64,000 bases of DNA from Clostridia bacterium. Lineage in GTDB: Bacteria > Bacillota > Clostridia > Oscillospirales > Acutalibacteraceae. The stretch's first letter is position 1. Each line of letters starts with the position of its first letter. Positions 9,176-19,289 of the stretch are shown piece after piece. Where the stretch lies: the NCBI GenBank assembly GCA_017397655.1, contig JAFQIG010000056.1, positions 6,306 to 70,305 of the forward strand, in the 5' to 3' direction. The position numbers and the translations under genes were made by a program. The notes under the pieces were generated by a model. The model searched no databases. It was not told where the DNA came from and worked only from the letters and a program-made list of their open reading frames with translations.

Positions 9176-10267
9176 TTATGTAATAAAATCATTTGTTTTG
9201 CCCGATGTGTTGATTATAAACACGCCTGCAGTCAGAAGCATCGCCGCGGATACGGGCGCAGATACCGAAAACGAGTGTACAAAAAGACCCTCTCTTGCCA
9301 TAAGCGTGCTTTGTTCTATCGGAAAAAAATGCAGAATCGCCTTGCAATACAACGCAGAAAGTGCGCCGCTGACAATACGCGATACTATAAAATGCGACGC
9401 TTTCACATCACATTCTTCTATACAGCTCCACACCTGACAATGCACCGAAAGACCTGCAAAGGATAGTATTGCCGATATGACGGGAATCGATATCCCCGCT
9501 TCGATTGCCGCTTTCGTGCCGTTTGTAACCTCCAACACCGAGCAAAGCGGCAGTCTTATGCCATCGGGTAATTCCGTCAAAGTCTTGCATATGCACGAAA
9601 ACAGAATTATCCATGCGCTGACGGATAGCATTGCCCCACCTGCCGTTGTTACCGCTTCGCAAAGACTGCTTGTTATCGGCCTGAAAGACGGCAGCTTTGT
9701 CGGTATATCCTCTTCGTTTGCCGTAAAGCGAAGCAGAAATCCGACCGTCAGCGTTGACAGACACGATGACAGAAACAGTACCCGACCGATCCTCACATCA
9801 GACATCATCACCGTGCCTACGGTACCGATCAAAAACGCAGGACCTGCCGAAAGACAAAACAGACACATTCTGTTTGCATCATTTTGTGAAATGCTGTTTT
9901 CTCTGTACAGCTGTCCCGTCATTTTAATTCCTGTCGGATAGCCTCCGACCATTCCCATTATCACCGCTGACGATGCGCTTCCCGGCAGTTTAAACACTTT
10001 TTTCATAAACGGATGCATAAATCTGCCGAGTGCCTCGGAAATTCCCGATACAGCCAGAAACGTACAAAGCACCGTCATCGGAAACAGCGTCGGTATCACC
10101 GATTCGGCACAAACGCAAAGTCCCTCTCTCGCTCCCTGTGCCGTCAAAGACGGATACTTTATCAGCATCAGCGAAAATATCACGGCTACCGTTATTTTAA
10201 TGACTGCCGAAACACACTTTACACCTTTATTCTTTGCATATACAATCTTCACGCTTACACACCTCAC
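9176..10267 (-). CDS. ylbJ: Polytopic membrane protein, YlbJ-like sporulation integral membrane protein (nucleoside-recognition domains)
   Basis: 363 aa with multiple TM segments. The family call is by recollection of YlbJ-type sequence and by context next to yqfC/yqfD. Confidence 0.55.
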   Translation of the reverse strand: MRCVSVKIVYAKNKGVKCVSAVIKITVAVIFSLMLIKYPSLTAQGAREGLCVCAESVIPTLFPMTVLCTFLAVSGISEALGRFMHPFMKKVFKLPGSASSAVIMGMVGGYPTGIKMTGQLYRENSISQNDANRMCLFCLSAGPAFLIGTVGTVMMSDVRIGRVLFLSSCLSTLTVGFLLRFTANEEDIPTKLPSFRPITSSLCEAVTTAGGAMLSVSAWIILFSCICKTLTELPDGIRLPLCSVLEVTNGTKAAIEAGISIPVISAILSFAGLSVHCQVWSCIEECDVKASHFIVSRIVSGALSALYCKAILHFFPIEQSTLMAREGLFVHSFSVSAPVSAAMLLTAGVFIINTSGKTNDFIT

Positions 10268-10360
10268 CTTTATATATGTTGATGAAGCCGTTTTATGTAC
10301 TTTTTATCCTCGTTGATGCATAAAAATTTACAGCAAGTGATATTTTTCAGGAGATTGAAC

Positions 10361-10660
10361 ATGAACAAAAGCTTCCGAAAACAAAAAGAAAAGCTTCTCT
10401 CTCTGACAGAAAAGCTGACAGATACCCTTGACCTTCCCGACACTGCCGTTCCCGGTACGGCACACATTGAGCTTTCGGGCAACAAGGAGGCCGTTGTTGA
10501 CGGCTGTAAGGGGGTTTTGCAATATGATGAGGACATCATCAGACTTAATACAGGCAGATTGACGGTGTGCTTTCGCGGAAGCGATCTGTGCATACGGTCA
10601 ATGCAGGCTGAACAGGTATTCGTCTGCGGTCACATAATAACAATCGAATTTTTACAGTGA
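10361..10660 (+). CDS. yqfC: Sporulation protein YqfC (YabP family)
   Basis: ATG at 10361 follows an AGGAG RBS. YabP-like core ELSGNKEAVVDGCKGVLQYDEDIIRLNTG. Sits directly upstream of yqfD, as in Bacillus. Confidence 0.7.
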   Translation: MNKSFRKQKEKLLSLTEKLTDTLDLPDTAVPGTAHIELSGNKEAVVDGCKGVLQYDEDIIRLNTGRLTVCFRGSDLCIRSMQAEQVFVCGHIITIEFLQ

Positions 10661-10667
10661 GGAAACT

Positions 10668-11840
10668 ATGCTGATTATACGACTGATTAACTGTTTGTAC
10701 GGTTATATTCTTTTTACCGCTTCGGGCGGCTTCCCCGAAAGATTTGTGAATCTTCTCAGCAGAATGAGCATAAAGGCATGGGACATACGTCCGCACAAAG
10801 GCGTCATTCACGGAAAATGCCGTGCCCGTGATTATAAAAAGCTTTGCAGAGCCGCAAAAAAGTCGGGTATGAGCATTCAGATCAAAAAGAAAAAAGGACT
10901 GCCGTTTTTTATAAAAAAGTACCGTAAAAGACTGGGATTTTTTCTTTCCGTACCGATGTTTCTGATCTTTATTTTTGTTATGTCAGGTCGGATATGGTCA
11001 ATTAACTTTTCGGGCAATGAGCGTCTGAGCGAAGAATATCTGCGACAGCTTCTGCGTGAAAACGGCATCAGCGAGGGTATAAAGCAAAGTGATATCACCG
11101 CTTCCGATACCGAATCCGCCATTCTTTCATCCTGTGATGAGCTGTCATGGATCGCGCTTAATATTGACGGCTCCGTACTGAATGTAGAGGTTCGTGAAAG
11201 CATAGAAAGTCTTGATCCGCTTGATTATACACATCCGTGTCATATTGTCGCATCAAAGGACGGCTTTTTAAAAACTCTTGAAACCTACGAGGGTACCAAA
11301 ATCGCAAAAATAAATTCTGCCGTAACAAAAGGGCAGCTGCTAATCAGCGGAGTTATCGAAGCTAAAGACAAATCCATAACATTCTGCCACGCAAAGGGCT
11401 ATGCCGCTGCAGAAACAACCGATCAGCTTTCCTTTGAAGTCAAAAAAAGAAGGAACCTGCTCTTCATAAGCGACTACGAATTCAGAGCAAGTCCCGAAAT
11501 ATTCAATATAATTATCCCTTTGGGATTGTTACCGTCCGACGAAAACGTCGTAATCAGCAACAGCGAATACCGACTGACCGTAAACGGCAGACGGCTTCCC
11601 GTCGCCTGTCACAAAACAAGTCTTATCTCCTTCCAAAAAAGATCAGTCACTCTTTCTGACAAAGAAGCTCTGCTTCTTCTTATGTCAGCTATGCACGAGA
11701 AGCTTTATTCTTTGTCAAAAAGCTGTGAAATTCTTGACTGTCGGACTGTTTTAAGCAACACAAAAGATTCATTCAAAGCCACAGTAAACCTGAAGCTTGT
11801 TGAAAGCATCGGTATCGAATCAGAGATTCTTACCGATTAA
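10668..11840 (+). CDS. yqfD: Sporulation protein YqfD (stage IV)
   Basis: 390 aa. N-terminus MLIIRLINCLYGYILFTASGGFPERFVNLL typical of YqfD, with a single central TM. Confidence 0.75.
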   Translation: MLIIRLINCLYGYILFTASGGFPERFVNLLSRMSIKAWDIRPHKGVIHGKCRARDYKKLCRAAKKSGMSIQIKKKKGLPFFIKKYRKRLGFFLSVPMFLIFIFVMSGRIWSINFSGNERLSEEYLRQLLRENGISEGIKQSDITASDTESAILSSCDELSWIALNIDGSVLNVEVRESIESLDPLDYTHPCHIVASKDGFLKTLETYEGTKIAKINSAVTKGQLLISGVIEAKDKSITFCHAKGYAAAETTDQLSFEVKKRRNLLFISDYEFRASPEIFNIIIPLGLLPSDENVVISNSEYRLTVNGRRLPVACHKTSLISFQKRSVTLSDKEALLLLMSAMHEKLYSLSKSCEILDCRTVLSNTKDSFKATVNLKLVESIGIESEILTD

Positions 11841-13022
11841 TCAATCGTTGCTCTCGCCTGCAAGCTGTTCCGAAAACCACGGAGCACCGCCCTCACTCAT
11901 AAAGTGAACGGGCGTAAAGGGATCCTGACAATTCCATGCCCTTTCGGGTACGGTATCGCCGACATTATCCTTTATTATAACCTGATCACCGTGACCGCCT
12001 CTGTCCTCTATCAGCTCTTTAACGGCACCGGGCAGCATCGTATTGTTCGCTATAACGCAATGTGAGCATTGCTCGATAATTATTCCCTTATGCGGTGATA
12101 TGCGACCGTTTCTGCCGTCGTCCTTCCATACGTTAAAGGTATTTCCGACTATCGCAATACCTGCGGCTCTTTTCATAAAGATATGGCAGTCACCATCGCT
12201 TCCGTCCTCTGCCGTTTTTCCGCTTCTGACAATCGTATTGCCCGTAACGGTGATTGCATACGGCATTACCGTATGCGTTTTGTGCAGACGCTTATGATAG
12301 TTTTCCGCATCCTCGATTATAATTGCAGGTCCGAAAGAACGGTCAATGTAATTGCCCGTGATATTGTATCTCATTCCGCCCGAAAGACGGATTCCGCATT
12401 CACCGTTCCATTCCACACGGTTAGATGTAAAGTTTACGGCAGAGTTCCACGTATCACCGCCAAAGCCTGCCTTTTTGTTGCCCGAAAACCAGTTATCAAC
12501 AATAAACGCATCCGTTCCGTCAAGATATAATCCGTAGCCTCCGTTATGACAGCTGTGCGAATGACGTACGCTGACTGCCCACGCTCCGATCAGATTCAGT
12601 CCGTTACCCGAGAACTCACGAATCTGACAGGTGTCAATACGGACAGCGTGCTCCTCATCTCTTCTGCGTTCACGGTCCATACTGATTCCGTGCATATTGC
12701 TTCCCATACCGTTTCCGCAAATACAAAGTCCGCTGATCGTCGCTCCCGATGCTCCCGACACATCAAAAATACAGTTCTGCTCTTCCTTTGCAGGAATCAG
12801 TACCGTTCTGCCCTTTGTTCTGAATGCCCATGTGGGCTCTGACTTTATACAGACCGCCTGCGGTACATCAATAACATCTGTACGGTATGTTCCGAAAGAA
12901 AATTTCACAACACCCGAGCCTTCCGATGCCTTCTGTATCGCTGCACGGATAGCCTCGGTATCATCGTGTATACCGTCACCGATCGCTCCGAAATCCTTTG
13001 GATTTATAAAATAATCGTTCAT
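11841..13022 (-). CDS. Right-handed parallel beta-helix protein (pectate-lyase-3/GH28-related fold), no signal peptide
   Basis: N-terminus FINPKDFGAIGDGIHDDTEAIRAAIQ is the pectate_lyase_3 hallmark, followed by repeated beta-helix rungs (..ISGLCICGNG.., ..ITGNYIDRS.., ..IVGNTFNV..). Confidence 0.75.
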   Translation of the reverse strand: MNDYFINPKDFGAIGDGIHDDTEAIRAAIQKASEGSGVVKFSFGTYRTDVIDVPQAVCIKSEPTWAFRTKGRTVLIPAKEEQNCIFDVSGASGATISGLCICGNGMGSNMHGISMDRERRRDEEHAVRIDTCQIREFSGNGLNLIGAWAVSVRHSHSCHNGGYGLYLDGTDAFIVDNWFSGNKKAGFGGDTWNSAVNFTSNRVEWNGECGIRLSGGMRYNITGNYIDRSFGPAIIIEDAENYHKRLHKTHTVMPYAITVTGNTIVRSGKTAEDGSDGDCHIFMKRAAGIAIVGNTFNVWKDDGRNGRISPHKGIIIEQCSHCVIANNTMLPGAVKELIEDRGGHGDQVIIKDNVGDTVPERAWNCQDPFTPVHFMSEGGAPWFSEQLAGESND

Positions 13023-13035
13023 AGCGTCTCCTCAG

Positions 13036-13067
13036 ATAAAAACAGGGGCAACGATTAACGCTGCCCC
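13036..13067 (-). terminator. Intrinsic terminator after ftsZ
   Basis: GGGGCAGCG-UUAAU-CGUUGCCCC followed by UGUUUUUAU. Confidence 0.65.
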
Positions 13068-13076
13068 GAAATTCAA

Positions 13077-14291
13077 TTATTTATCGTTCTTTTTGATGAT
13101 ATCCTTAAGGTATACATAGAAATCGTCATCATCTACGCTTTCGCTTGCTGCAGGTGCGTCGTTATGAGATGCGGCAGCCGCAGTTTCCTTTGACTTTGCG
13201 AATACGGGAGGCTCTACGGGAGCCTGATCAAATGACGGAACCTCTACGGGAGCGTTGGAAGCGGGAGCAGTTTCCTTGGAAGCCTGCTGAACCTGAGTCA
13301 TAAAGCTCTCAACTGCTGCAGAAGCACTTGCACGGTCAGATGCAAAGCCTGTTGCAACAACGGTAATAACCATTTCATCCTCAAGCTCGGGATCGAATGC
13401 AACACCCCAAATGATGTTTGCATCTGCATGAGCCTGAGCTGTGATTGTGCTTGCTGCATCCTCTACATCCTCAAGGTCGATATCCTCTGACGATGTGATG
13501 CTGATGATAACACCCTTTGCACCTGCAATGGTTGTTTCAAGCAGCGGACTGGAAGCTGCTGCAGTAGCGGCAAGCTCTGCCTTATCCTTGCCCGAAGCTC
13601 TGCCGACACCCATATGTGCGTAGCCTGCATCCTTCATAATGCTTGTAACGTCTGCAAAGTCGAGGTTGATAAAGCCGGGAACTGCGATAAGCTCGGATAT
13701 GCTTCTGACGCCGTGAAGGAGAACCTCATCAGCCATCAGGAAAGCCTGAGCAAGGCTCAACTTCTGATCAGAGATATAACGAAGTCTGTCGTTGGGAATA
13801 ACGATAAGGCTGTCAACGTGCTCTGCAAGCTTTGCGATACCGCTCTGAGCCTGATTCATACGCATTTTACCTTCAAACTTGAAGGGCTTTGTAACAACAC
13901 CTATAGTAAGGATACCCATTTCCTTTGCAGTCTGAGCAATGATGGGAGCCGCACCTGTACCTGTACCGCCGCCCATGCCTGCTGTGATAAATACCATATC
14001 GGTTCCCTTGAGAGCATCAGCGATAAGATCCTTGCTCTCTTCGGCAGCTTTTGCGCCGACCTCGGGACGTCCGCCTGCGCCCTGTCCTCTGGTAGCTTTT
14101 TCACCGATCTGAATCTTGTGAGTAGCTCTGGAGTGAGTCAGAATCTGCTTGTCCGTGTTGATAGCAATGAATTCTGCGCCGAGAACGCCGGACTCAACCA
14201 TTCTGTTGACAGCATTTCCGCCACCGCCGCCTACACCGATAACCTTTATCTGCACGGCACTTTCAAATTCATTATCAAGTTCTATAGCCAT
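13077..14291 (-). CDS. ftsZ: Cell division GTPase FtsZ
   Basis: [11 protein letters not shown] and [12 protein letters not shown] tubulin signature; acidic/Ala-Pro-rich C-terminal linker. Confidence 0.97.
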   Translation of the reverse strand: MAIELDNEFESAVQIKVIGVGGGGGNAVNRMVESGVLGAEFIAINTDKQILTHSRATHKIQIGEKATRGQGAGGRPEVGAKAAEESKDLIADALKGTDMVFITAGMGGGTGTGAAPIIAQTAKEMGILTIGVVTKPFKFEGKMRMNQAQSGIAKLAEHVDSLIVIPNDRLRYISDQKLSLAQAFLMADEVLLHGVRSISELIAVPGFINLDFADVTSIMKDAGYAHMGVGRASGKDKAELAATAAASSPLLETTIAGAKGVIISITSSEDIDLEDVEDAASTITAQAHADANIIWGVAFDPELEDEMVITVVATGFASDRASASAAVESFMTQVQQASKETAPASNAPVEVPSFDQAPVEPPVFAKSKETAAAASHNDAPAASESVDDDDFYVYLKDIIKKNDK

Positions 14292-14421
14292 AATTGATCC
14301 TCCTATTTATTTACACACCATTTTCCTATTATAAACATAAGAATATCATACTTTTCAAAAAATTACAAGAACATTTTGTAAATTAATTGTATCAAATATG
14401 CATATTTTTCAAAAATTTAAT

Positions 14422-15576
14422 TTAATTTTCTTCAGGTTCGGTAGTTTCTTCCGTCTGTGTTACCTCTTCAAACGTATCCATTACGAATGCGGAGCCGACT
14501 ATTGACAGGTCAATAGCGCCTGTACGTGTTTTCTGACTGTCACTTTCTGCGGCAATCGCTCCTGCGCCCGTCTGAAGCTTTGTTTCAAGCCTTGACTCGT
14601 TGCCGAGGTGGAGAGTCAGTCTGTTTTCGTACATCAGCGTAAGCGCTCTTTCGTCACGGATATCTATCAGCGTTATACCGTCAAGCAAGCCTGCCGCTTC
14701 CGCCGCTTTTCTGATATCTCCGAAAAGTCGTATCATCTCTGTTTCAGCATTCGTTTCCTGACCCTTTTCAAGCTTTGATTTGTCTCCGATGTAATGACCG
14801 ATTTCGGGAGTGATCTCAACGGACGTACGAAGTGTGGGAACTGCCTCGGGGGTCATCTGTGTATACTCCAGCATTTTGCCGTTTTCGTCAATCAGAATAT
14901 ATCCCGCTCCGTGTACCAATGCCGCAGAAACCGATGTTGATATTACCGTAATCTTCAGCGATGAAGGAAAATCCTTTTCAACATATGCTTCGCCGATATA
15001 CGGAAGTCGTTGCTCTATATTCTTTTCAATCTTTTCAAGATCACAGCTGAACAGATTCTGTGTACCCGATACAATACCTGTTTCGGTTGATATCTGCTCT
15101 GTCGTATAGCTGACCTCGCTCGGATTTGTTACAACGATATTATCAATTTTGAAAAGCACCGTTCTCGACAAAATAAGCATTATAAGCAATACCGCCACTA
15201 CCGCCGAACCGATATAAAGCTGTTTTTTCATTTTCGGAAGCTGTCTGACAACAAGCTTTATCAGCACTTTTCGGTTATTTACCGCAGGACGTTTTTGGTT
15301 GTTCGCTCTTGCCTGATTGGATCTTTGTTGTACGGGTCTTTGTTGTACGGGTCTTTGTTGTACGGGTCTTCTTTGTGCCGGTTTTTTCTGTTCCGCCCTT
15401 TTCTGTACCGGTCTTTGCGCCGGTGCAGGCGTCCTTTGTGTGTTGACCGAATGCTTGGGTACCGCTTTTTTATCCTTACCCTCGGCTACCTTTAATATCA
15501 TCAGCGCCGCTTTCTGTACAACTGTTTTTTTCTTTTTTGTGTTAGCCCTTCTCGGTGCATTACCGTTAGAATTCAT
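14422..15576 (-). CDS. ftsQ: FtsQ/DivIB-type cell division protein with a long basic N-terminal tail
   Basis: Single TM followed by a POTRA-like region (FKIDNIVVTNPSEVSYTTEQI). The start was moved to the ATG at 15576 (MNSNGNAPRR) with an AGGGGAAG RBS, which avoids overlap with the murA 3' end. Confidence 0.7.
   Translation of the reverse strand: MNSNGNAPRRANTKKKKTVVQKAALMILKVAEGKDKKAVPKHSVNTQRTPAPAQRPVQKRAEQKKPAQRRPVQQRPVQQRPVQQRSNQARANNQKRPAVNNRKVLIKLVVRQLPKMKKQLYIGSAVVAVLLIMLILSRTVLFKIDNIVVTNPSEVSYTTEQISTETGIVSGTQNLFSCDLEKIEKNIEQRLPYIGEAYVEKDFPSSLKITVISTSVSAALVHGAGYILIDENGKMLEYTQMTPEAVPTLRTSVEITPEIGHYIGDKSKLEKGQETNAETEMIRLFGDIRKAAEAAGLLDGITLIDIRDERALTLMYENRLTLHLGNESRLETKLQTGAGAIAAESDSQKTRTGAIDLSIVGSAFVMDTFEEVTQTEETTEPEEN
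15322..15366 (-). repeat. 15-bp tandem repeat x3 (plus one degenerate copy) encoding (RPVQQ)n in the FtsQ tail
   Basis: Plus strand tctttgttgtacggg repeated at 15322, 15337 and 15352. Confidence 0.9.
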
Positions 15577-15596
15577 TTCTCTTCCCCTTGCTGTGT

Positions 15597-16901
15597 TCAG
15601 TCCTCCCCGGACTGTTTTTGAGTATCCTTCTCTCTTTTGACTTTCCCTCCGAGTTGTGTCAGCATATCCTCTAATCTTTCGCATCCTCGGTCGATGTGAC
15701 GGATGTTTCTGACTGACGTTTTACCCTCTGCCGCCAATGCCGCCGTTACAAGTGCGGCACCTCCGCGAAGATCGGTCGCCTGTGTTACTGCCGAATGAAG
15801 CGCGCTGACGCCCTCCACTACGGCAACCGTGTTTTGTACCGTTATTTTCGCTCCCATCCTGATGAGCTCAGGTACATGCTTGTATCTGCTTTCAAAAATA
15901 TTTTCTATTATCACGCTGGTTCCGCCTGCGCAGGTTGCCATCGCCATAATTCCCGCCTGAGAATCGGTCGGGAATCCCGGATACGGCATAGTTCTGATAA
16001 GTCCCGGTGACAACAGCCTTCTCGGTGCTTTTATTCTTAATGTATCCTTATTTGTAAAAAGTACGCATCCCGATTTTTCAAAATACGGCAGAACAGGCAT
16101 CAGATGCTCTGTGTTGACCGAATTCAGCGTTATATCGCCGCCTGTAACAGCCGCCGAAACCAGTAATGTAGATGCAATTATCCGATCCGGAATAATTGTA
16201 TGCTCATAATCGAAAAAGTCCTGCTTGCCCTCTATGACGACAGTTCCGCCGCCTGCACCCTTGATGTCGGCACCGCATCCGTTGAGAAAATCGGCAAGAT
16301 CCGAAATCTCAGGCTCACGCGCGGCATTTATTACCGTAGTAGTTCCCTTTGCCGCCACAGCCGCAAGAATTATGTTCTCTGTTGCTCCGACTGACGGAAA
16401 TGACAGCGTAATCTTTGCACCGTGCAAACCGTCGGGCGCATCACAGTATATTCTGCCGTCGGATTCAGTCGTTCTGACACCGAGCGCCTGAAGCGATGAC
16501 AGATGCAGATCTATCGGACGAAGTCCTATCTCACATCCGCCCGGTGATGACATCTCTGCCTTTTTGAATCTGCTGAGAATCGCTCCGAGAAAAACGATCG
16601 ACGAACGCATTTCTCTCATTAAAAAATCAGGAATATCATATCTTTTCAGATCCCCTGAATCGGTTATTACCGTATGACCTGCACGGACAGCCTTGCATCC
16701 GAGATAATTTAGTATACGGATAGCCGCCGAAGTATCACAAAGAACGGGACAATTATGTAAAATACAGCTTTTTCCCGTCACAACGGTCGCCGCAAGAATC
16801 GGTAAAGAGCTGTTTTTTGATCCCTGTACTTTTATATCGCCTTCAAGTCGCCGCATTCCCTCAATAACCAGTTTTTCCAACCCTGTACACCCCTTATGCA
16901 A
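15597..16901 (-). CDS. murA: UDP-N-acetylglucosamine 1-carboxyvinyltransferase MurA
   Basis: LVIEG..L.G.I.V.GSKNSSLPILAA N-terminus with full-length similarity pattern. A TTG at 16880 (LEKLVIEG) is an alternative start. Confidence 0.93.
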   Translation of the reverse strand: MHKGCTGLEKLVIEGMRRLEGDIKVQGSKNSSLPILAATVVTGKSCILHNCPVLCDTSAAIRILNYLGCKAVRAGHTVITDSGDLKRYDIPDFLMREMRSSIVFLGAILSRFKKAEMSSPGGCEIGLRPIDLHLSSLQALGVRTTESDGRIYCDAPDGLHGAKITLSFPSVGATENIILAAVAAKGTTTVINAAREPEISDLADFLNGCGADIKGAGGGTVVIEGKQDFFDYEHTIIPDRIIASTLLVSAAVTGGDITLNSVNTEHLMPVLPYFEKSGCVLFTNKDTLRIKAPRRLLSPGLIRTMPYPGFPTDSQAGIMAMATCAGGTSVIIENIFESRYKHVPELIRMGAKITVQNTVAVVEGVSALHSAVTQATDLRGGAALVTAALAAEGKTSVRNIRHIDRGCERLEDMLTQLGGKVKREKDTQKQSGED

Positions 16902-16949
16902 AATGGATTCGTTCCATAATATGCAGGCGTGTACATTTCAGTTACGACG

Positions 16950-18080
16950 TTATTTGCAGGCAATTTCAGATATGATCGAAGTAATTCTCTCGAGTGTATC
17001 GGGAATCGCCATCTTTTTGGCATTTTCTCCGATTTCCGTGAGTCGTTTTTTGTCCGATATGAGATTTCTGACTTCAAGAGCAAGTCTTTCCCCTGTCAGA
17101 TCCTTCTCTTCTATTATAACAGCAGCGCCGTTATTTACAAGTGCCATTGCGTTGTGGAACTGATGATTTTCCGCAACGTTGGGCGAGGGAATCAGTATGG
17201 ACGGCTTGCCGACTGCTTCAAACTCGGAAAGGCTTGACGCACCTGCACGACAGATAACAAGATCTGCCGCCGCCAGACAGCAATGCATATTGTCAATGTA
17301 TTCCCTGATTGTGAGGTTTTTGTGTGATTCTATGTCAATTCCCAGCTCACGAAGCTTGTCCGGGAACCATTTTCCGTACTGTCCGTATGCGTGATGGAAG
17401 TGTATATCGTTATCAGGAACAAGCTTTGCCATCATTTCCGCAACGGCATCGTTGATCGCTCTGGCTCCGAGGCTTCCGCCCATTGACAGTACCATCGGTC
17501 TGTCGTCAAGCTTCAGTTCTGCTCTGGCGAAGTCTCTGTCCTGAGAAACAATCTCGCTTCTGACGGGAAGTCCCGTATGGATGCACGGATTTTTTGATTC
17601 AAGATACTTTTCGGCATCCTTGACCGTCAGCATAACTGCCTCGGCTCTTTTTGCAAGTGCCTTATTGGTAACTCCCGGATATGCATTCTGCTCGTGAATC
17701 GCTATGGGAATACCCATCTTTGATGCCGTACGAAGCACAGGTCCGCTGACGTATCCGCCGAAGCCTACCACCACATCGGGTGAGAATTCTTTTATAATCC
17801 TCTTTGACTGTCCCGTTACAAAAAGCAATTTTTTTAAAGTACCGAGATTTCTTTTGATATTATTGAGTGAAAACGAACGCTGGAATCCGCTGATATCTAT
17901 TGTTCTGAAGTCAAAACCTGCATTCGGAACAAGCTTTGCTTCCATCTTTTCTGCCGTACCGACAAAAAGAATCTTTGCATCGGGATAATTATCCCTTATA
18001 TAACCTGCAACGGCAAGCGCAGGATTGATGTGTCCGCCTGTGCCTCCTGTAGCAAAAAGTATACGTTTTCCGTTAAGCAT
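16950..18080 (-). CDS. murG: Lipid II glycosyltransferase MurG
   Basis: GGTGGHINPALAV motif; 376 aa. Confidence 0.93.
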   Translation of the reverse strand: MLNGKRILFATGGTGGHINPALAVAGYIRDNYPDAKILFVGTAEKMEAKLVPNAGFDFRTIDISGFQRSFSLNNIKRNLGTLKKLLFVTGQSKRIIKEFSPDVVVGFGGYVSGPVLRTASKMGIPIAIHEQNAYPGVTNKALAKRAEAVMLTVKDAEKYLESKNPCIHTGLPVRSEIVSQDRDFARAELKLDDRPMVLSMGGSLGARAINDAVAEMMAKLVPDNDIHFHHAYGQYGKWFPDKLRELGIDIESHKNLTIREYIDNMHCCLAAADLVICRAGASSLSEFEAVGKPSILIPSPNVAENHQFHNAMALVNNGAAVIIEEKDLTGERLALEVRNLISDKKRLTEIGENAKKMAIPDTLERITSIISEIACK

Positions 18081-18093
18081 ACTTTCATAACCT

Positions 18094-19272
18094 CTACTTT
18101 CTGTTGCTTGAATTTCTTGATACCGACAGCACTACTCCCATTTCTCCGAGTAACATCATAAGTGCCGTTCCTCCGTAGCTGAAAAACGGCAGAGATATTC
18201 CCGTGTTGGGTATGGCATCAGTAACGACAAGAATGTTGAGTATCGTCTGTATTCCGACATGAGCGACTATTCCCATTACAAGAAAAGCGCTGAATTTATC
18301 TGAAGTTCTGAGTGCAATGACAAAGCCACGCCATATAAGCACGGCAAAAAGAAGAATAATTACCACGGCACCGATAAAACCGAGCTCTTCACATATTATC
18401 GCAAAGATAAAGTCGTTCTGCGGTTCGGGCATATACAGATGCTTCTGCTTTGAGTTGCCGAGTCCGAGTCCGAAAAGACCGCCCGAGCCTATGGCGTAAA
18501 GTGACTGATTGGTCTGCCATCTTTCGCTGAGTGATGCCGAATCCTTGTCAAGCCACGAAATAATTCTATCGGCAACACGGCCGCTCGGCAAGATCTCCAG
18601 AATCTGATCCTTGAATACAAATATAAGAACCAGGCAAAGTGCCGCACCTAAAAGTCCTACCGTGATAAGTCCACGGTTAAGCCCTCCGAGTATCATCATA
18701 ACAACAACTATGCCAAAAATCAAGATTATACACGAAAGATGCTTTTCAAAAACGATCAATCCGCACATCGTAAGTCCTGCCGCAAGACATATCGGCAACG
18801 ACATATCTCTGCCCTTGATCGTAATCTTGTTCTTGAGCGATAATATTTTTGAGCAGAATACTATTATCGCAAACTTTGCAATCTCTGACGGCTGAAAGGA
18901 AAAGCTGCCGAAACCGAGCCATCGTTTGAATTCCTCTTTACCGGGAAGCTGATAAGGGAATATAAGAACAAGTATCAGCAAGCCGATACTGACTATCAGC
19001 AAGGGATAAGCCATTTTCTTAAAGATTTTAACATTTATACGTGACATAATCAGCATTGCCACGATACCGGCGACGGCAAACAATGCCTGTCTTTTAAAGT
19101 AATAATACGGATTGCCCGTTGAATAATTTGCGTTGACGTAGCTTGCCGAAAACATCATGACGATTCCTACCGACAAAAGTATCATGACTATGGCAAAAAA
19201 ACCGATGTCAAGGCTTCCCCTGACAATCAGCGGATCTTTATTCCGGTCATTTCCTTTTGACGAAGTTCTCAT
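18094..19272 (-). CDS. ftsW: SEDS-family peptidoglycan polymerase FtsW/SpoVE
   Basis: About 10 TM segments; QPSEIAKF and SYGGTALM motifs. Confidence 0.9.
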   Translation of the reverse strand: MRTSSKGNDRNKDPLIVRGSLDIGFFAIVMILLSVGIVMMFSASYVNANYSTGNPYYYFKRQALFAVAGIVAMLIMSRINVKIFKKMAYPLLIVSIGLLILVLIFPYQLPGKEEFKRWLGFGSFSFQPSEIAKFAIIVFCSKILSLKNKITIKGRDMSLPICLAAGLTMCGLIVFEKHLSCIILIFGIVVVMMILGGLNRGLITVGLLGAALCLVLIFVFKDQILEILPSGRVADRIISWLDKDSASLSERWQTNQSLYAIGSGGLFGLGLGNSKQKHLYMPEPQNDFIFAIICEELGFIGAVVIILLFAVLIWRGFVIALRTSDKFSAFLVMGIVAHVGIQTILNILVVTDAIPNTGISLPFFSYGGTALMMLLGEMGVVLSVSRNSSNRK

Positions 19273-19289
19273 CAGAATACCTCCGAAAA

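Noticed and set aside
9408-9941. 118-aa (-) and 154-aa (+) ORFs inside the ylbJ region
   Set aside because: They overlap the 363-aa polytopic membrane protein frame, which has coherent TM segments. The alternatives are Arg/Gly-rich shadow frames.
13614-14297. 227-aa + ORF
   Set aside because: It is fully antisense to ftsZ, whose identity is unambiguous.
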